NCBI GenBank assembly: GCA_963708075.1
Contig: OY970194.1
Coordinates: forward strand, 6,848,001-6,912,000
Length of the DNA: 64,000 bases
From: Sedimentisphaerales bacterium
GTDB lineage: Bacteria; Planctomycetota; Phycisphaerae; Sedimentisphaerales; Anaerobacaceae
Direction: 5' to 3'
Positions 60,900-64,000 of this stretch are shown here, piece after piece. The notes under the pieces are model-generated. The model made no database searches. It was not told the DNA's origin and saw only the letters and a program-made list of their open reading frames with translations. A program made the translations under genes and the position numbers. How positions within the stretch are numbered: the first letter of the stretch is position 1; each line of letters begins with the position of its first letter.

Positions 60900-62035
60900 G
60901 GGTCACACCTACACATTTCACATTCATCGCAGTGCTTTAAGGCTCTGTTCGATCTGCGACCAGGCTTCCAGGAGTTTCTTGTCCCGACGAAGCGTCTGCT
61001 CGGCGCGGTCGCGGGCCATCGTCAGGCCACTCAGTGAGATGTCGAAGCGTTTCGCCAACGCGGTCAAGCTCTCTCCCGCTCGGCTGTAGCGGCACACGCC
61101 GTAGATCAGTAGTTGCCTCGCACGGCGGTCCGAGCCGCGCAGCGTCAGCAGGCTCTCCGGCCGGACTCCGCAGTGGCGCCCCACACAGCCGGCCACCGCG
61201 TCAAAAGGAATCGACTGCCGGGCCCGCTCGAACGCCGGCTGCTCTCGCCGATCGGCGTTTCGCGTCAGCACGTAGGTCCGCCGAATGTGGTCAAGGAAGG
61301 TCTCCGTCCCCAGGATCGTCTGGCCCTCCAGTCGGGCCAGCGGGTTGTCCAACTCCCGCAGCAGGCCTTCCTCGACGTACTGGCCATATCGCCGCATCTG
61401 AACGCGTCGGCTCGCCCCCCAGTCCGACAGAAGCGGCCCGGGATCAAACCACTTCGGGCCCGGCGACAAGCCGATGCAGGCTGCATAGCTCGACCAGCCA
61501 AACGCACGCAGCGCCCGCCGTCTGGCCGACACGGACGCCGGCCGCAGTGCCTTGGTCCGGACCGGATTGAGATGGATGTAGCGTGAGACCTCGCCGCCGT
61601 AGGCGTCATTCTCGACCAGATGGGCCGTGAAGCGGCCCTGGAAGACGTGCCCGCGGCTGCGCCGACGGCGGTTGAGGCTGATCGTGAAGCTCGTCAGAAG
61701 GCTCTGCATGAAGCGGCTGAGATTCGCCTGCTCGGTCCGCAGGTACAGATGGAAGTGATTCGGCATGCAGCAGTAACACAACAGCCCCACCTCGAACTGC
61801 CGGCTGAACTGGCCCAGCCGCTCCAGGAACAGCTCATAGTCTCTCGCCTCCGTGAACACGGCCTGCCGCCCATTGCCCCGATTCATCACATGATAGCAGG
61901 CACCCGCATACTCGATCCGCAACGGACGAGCCATACACAGTCTCCTTTCAGACAAGCAGATCTGCAACGTCCGCCAGAATACACCGGACCCGTGGGCCTC
62001 GTCAAGAGCAAATATGAAATGTGTAGGTGTGACCC
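60900..62035 (-). mobile_element. Y1-HUH transposase element bounded by perfect 21-bp inverted repeats
   Basis: GGGTCACACCTACACATTTCA at 60900-60920 and TGAAATGTGTAGGTGTGACCC at 62015-62035. Confidence 0.8.
60924..61934 (-). CDS. Second Y1 HUH transposase (IS200-like/RAYT-like) with C-terminal DnaA-like HTH
   Basis: MARPLR, YHVMNRGN, NHFHL, GHVFQGRF, YIHLNP, WSSY. Confidence 0.9.
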   Translation of the reverse strand: MARPLRIEYAGACYHVMNRGNGRQAVFTEARDYELFLERLGQFSRQFEVGLLCYCCMPNHFHLYLRTEQANLSRFMQSLLTSFTISLNRRRRSRGHVFQGRFTAHLVENDAYGGEVSRYIHLNPVRTKALRPASVSARRRALRAFGWSSYAACIGLSPGPKWFDPGPLLSDWGASRRVQMRRYGQYVEEGLLRELDNPLARLEGQTILGTETFLDHIRRTYVLTRNADRREQPAFERARQSIPFDAVAGCVGRHCGVRPESLLTLRGSDRRARQLLIYGVCRYSRAGESLTALAKRFDISLSGLTMARDRAEQTLRRDKKLLEAWSQIEQSLKALR

Positions 62036-62112
62036 CGTATTCTCTGGAGGACTGGCCCTCCAGGGTCGGTCGGCGAGGGCAGGCGGCAAAGGCGGCAAAT
62101 CGCCCCGGTTTC

Positions 62113-62255
62113 CGCCGCTCATTGCCGCGATTGAGCACGTGATAGAACGTATCCTCCTGATCGATGCGTAAGGGTCGTGCCATGAGCACCAGAGTACAAC
62201 GTCACGAACGGTGCCGTCAAGCAAATAATTCCTTATTCAAGACGTGACCCCGTTT
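62113..62255 (-). pseudogene. Truncated duplicate of the 5' end (end motif, promoter, first ~24 codons) of the 58496-59443 transposase
   Basis: 143-bp near-identical direct repeat of 59373-59515. Confidence 0.85.
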
Positions 62256-62331
62256 ACCCCCCCCCGAGTATTGTGTCCCCGGAACCCGGAGGTGGCTGTT
62301 CCCTGTATACACAAATGCTATATCGCGACTC

Positions 62332-62967
62332 CTACTCTCCAAGGAGCGGGGCAATGCACGTCACCACTTCCTGTGCCTCTGCCAACTCCTTGAGTTGCGG
62401 GTATAACTCTCGCAGTATTGTCGATATCCTTCGATCATTTTGTCTTATGACCAAGCAGAACCGCAAATAGCGAGGCTCCGGTGGGCGCACTGCGGCTGGG
62501 CCATTGGCGATTTGCCCATCATAAGACACTCTGAGTCGTTCGCCTGCCAGTGGCTGGCATGAAAATGACCGTTTCTCCAGACCCTGTATCTGTCCGATTC
62601 TTCTGCGACCTGTTGGGATTAGGAGCCCCTCTGCAAGTCGATATGAAACACGTGGTTCCTGTGTGGCATCGCGCTGCAGACAGAGGATGATTGTCATAGC
62701 CTCTGCGCTCAACTGGCCGCTGCCCTCCCAGCGTAGAATTGCCACAACGCGATCCCGTGATGCGCAATGCCAGCCTTTGAAGTGATAATTGTAGCTTCCT
62801 CCGGGCTCCGAAGACCAAGCTACATTGGGCTTCTTAAATGGCATCTCAACACCCTTGTCACATGATGAGCAGAACAATCCGAAAGAAATCAATACGCCAG
62901 TCATACCATAGACGGCCCTATGCATTGGCATCCTCCACGTCAATTGTCTCAATCTGAAGAACATCAC
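62332..62967 (-). CDS. Hypothetical lipoprotein-like protein, possible orphan immunity gene
   Basis: Hydrophobic N-region ending FCSSC; lies directly after the Rhs core fragment; low GC. Confidence 0.5.
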   Translation of the reverse strand: MMFFRLRQLTWRMPMHRAVYGMTGVLISFGLFCSSCDKGVEMPFKKPNVAWSSEPGGSYNYHFKGWHCASRDRVVAILRWEGSGQLSAEAMTIILCLQRDATQEPRVSYRLAEGLLIPTGRRRIGQIQGLEKRSFSCQPLAGERLRVSYDGQIANGPAAVRPPEPRYLRFCLVIRQNDRRISTILRELYPQLKELAEAQEVVTCIAPLLGE

Positions 62968-63034
62968 AGGTCAAACCTCACTCATTTAGCTCCTGTGGGG
63001 TTCCGGGGACACAGTACTTACAGTACTTATTTCT

Positions 63035-63535
63035 CATAGGATCGTTTCCGCAATACTCGTAGGGATTCGTCCCGTCGCCAGCCGGGTCGGTTTGGAGGCA
63101 TCTTCCGATGTAGGGGTTGTAGTATCTGGCGCGGTAGTAGTACAGGCCGGTGTCGGCGTCGAACTCCCGGCCGGTGAACAGGAAACGGTTCGGATGGTTC
63201 GGATCGCTGGCGCTTGTCTCGCCATAGACGCTGTACTCGTAGAGGTTCACTACCGAGCCTGCGGAGTTCGTCAGGGCTACACAGGAGCCCAGGCCATCGA
63301 AGTGATAGTAGTACGTGGCGTTGCTGTTGGCCACGTCGATCATGCAGATCGGCTGATCCACGCCGGGACCGTAGATGTACTTGTGCAAGAGGCTGTCGCT
63401 GCCGTCGTACTCGGCGATGATGTGCTGGCCATCGTAGAGGTACTTCATCACCGTCTGGCCGTCATAGGCCTTCTCGATCCGCCGCCCGGCCGAGTCATAG
63501 CCGTACGTGCTCGTCAGCCAATCCGTGGTGCCGCT
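63035..63535 (-). pseudogene. Rhs repeat-associated core fragment, cut before its DPxG motif
   Basis: YGYDSAGRRIEK, YYHFDGLGS, FTGREFDADTGLYYYRARYYNP..GR.LQTDP..YEYCGNDP. Confidence 0.88.
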
Positions 63536-63890
63536 GATGCGCCCTGGCGAACGCTGTCGATATCCAACTCTCGCACAATCCCAAGCATGGGTGACTATGT
63601 TGACTGTTGGCGGTCTGGCTGTCAACAGGGGGCAGCCATGCATGCTCCAGATATACGGACAGTCCACGTTCCGCAGTCACGGCGCGAATAGTGAATGATG
63701 AAGGCCTGGGCCAGGTTCTTTCGGGTACACGGCGTGGCTCTTGGGGTATTGCAGGGGCGTCGCCGATATGATACCATAGCTACGCAAGAGGTATGATTCT
63801 CGGATGGTCGCGCTGGTGCGCTATGGAGGGTACACCTGGGCGAAACGCGGACAGGGTCGGAGAGGCCGCTCTACGTAAAGGAGGAATGTC

Positions 63891-64000
63891 ATGCATAAGA
63901 CAGCGATTTGCTGGGTGATCGTACTGGTCATGGGTGTGACTATCCCAGTTTCCGCCGAGCTGGTCGGCTACTGGAAGCTGGACAAGGGCTCCGGTGACAA
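63891..64000 (+). CDS. 5' end of a secreted (LamG-type) protein, runs off the window
   Basis: RBS AAGGAGG; signal peptide then AELVGYWKLDKGSG. Confidence 0.65.
   Translation, partial: MHKTAICWVIVLVMGVTIPVSAELVGYWKLDKGSGD

Noticed and set aside
60924..62189. 421-aa transposase as called in the ORF track
   Set aside because: It is a chimera of a truncated transposase-1 start, non-coding IR/promoter sequence and the real gene starting at 61934.

Overview
GC-rich bacterial DNA, probably from a carbohydrate-degrading planctomycete (Phycisphaerae/Sedimentisphaerales-like; inferred from gene content only). About ten single-base frameshifts in otherwise intact genes suggest an unpolished long-read assembly. 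1-22.7 kb holds glycoside hydrolases, a peptide-utilisation operon, a LamG protein and a double metallo-beta-lactamase-fold protein. 22.9-26.1 kb holds a complete ISAs1 element and a MAD3/MAD4-like ATPase pair. 26.6-36.8 kb is a peptidoglycan-recycling cluster (SSS transporter, murQ, anmK, NAGPA, SIS protein, serine hydrolase), with REP-like palindromes inserted in frame in several of its genes. The most interesting signal lies in 38-64 kb: two Y1-HUH (IS200/RAYT-like) transposases, one bounded by perfect 21-bp inverted repeats. The same or related '...TG(A/T)CCCC' end motifs occur away from the transposases, facing inward around foreign-looking cargo: an NDT/TIR-like + SIR2 pair, an MTase-REase gene, and Rhs toxin C-terminus/immunity genes joined at the Rhs core motif. 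Five copies of a conserved unit (sigma70 promoter, ~85-nt structured RNA, end motif) occur in this region, three of them directly ahead of cargo genes. I interpret this as a candidate integron-like, HUH-transposase-driven cassette capture and expression system. The repeats are seen directly in the sequence; the mechanism is inference.
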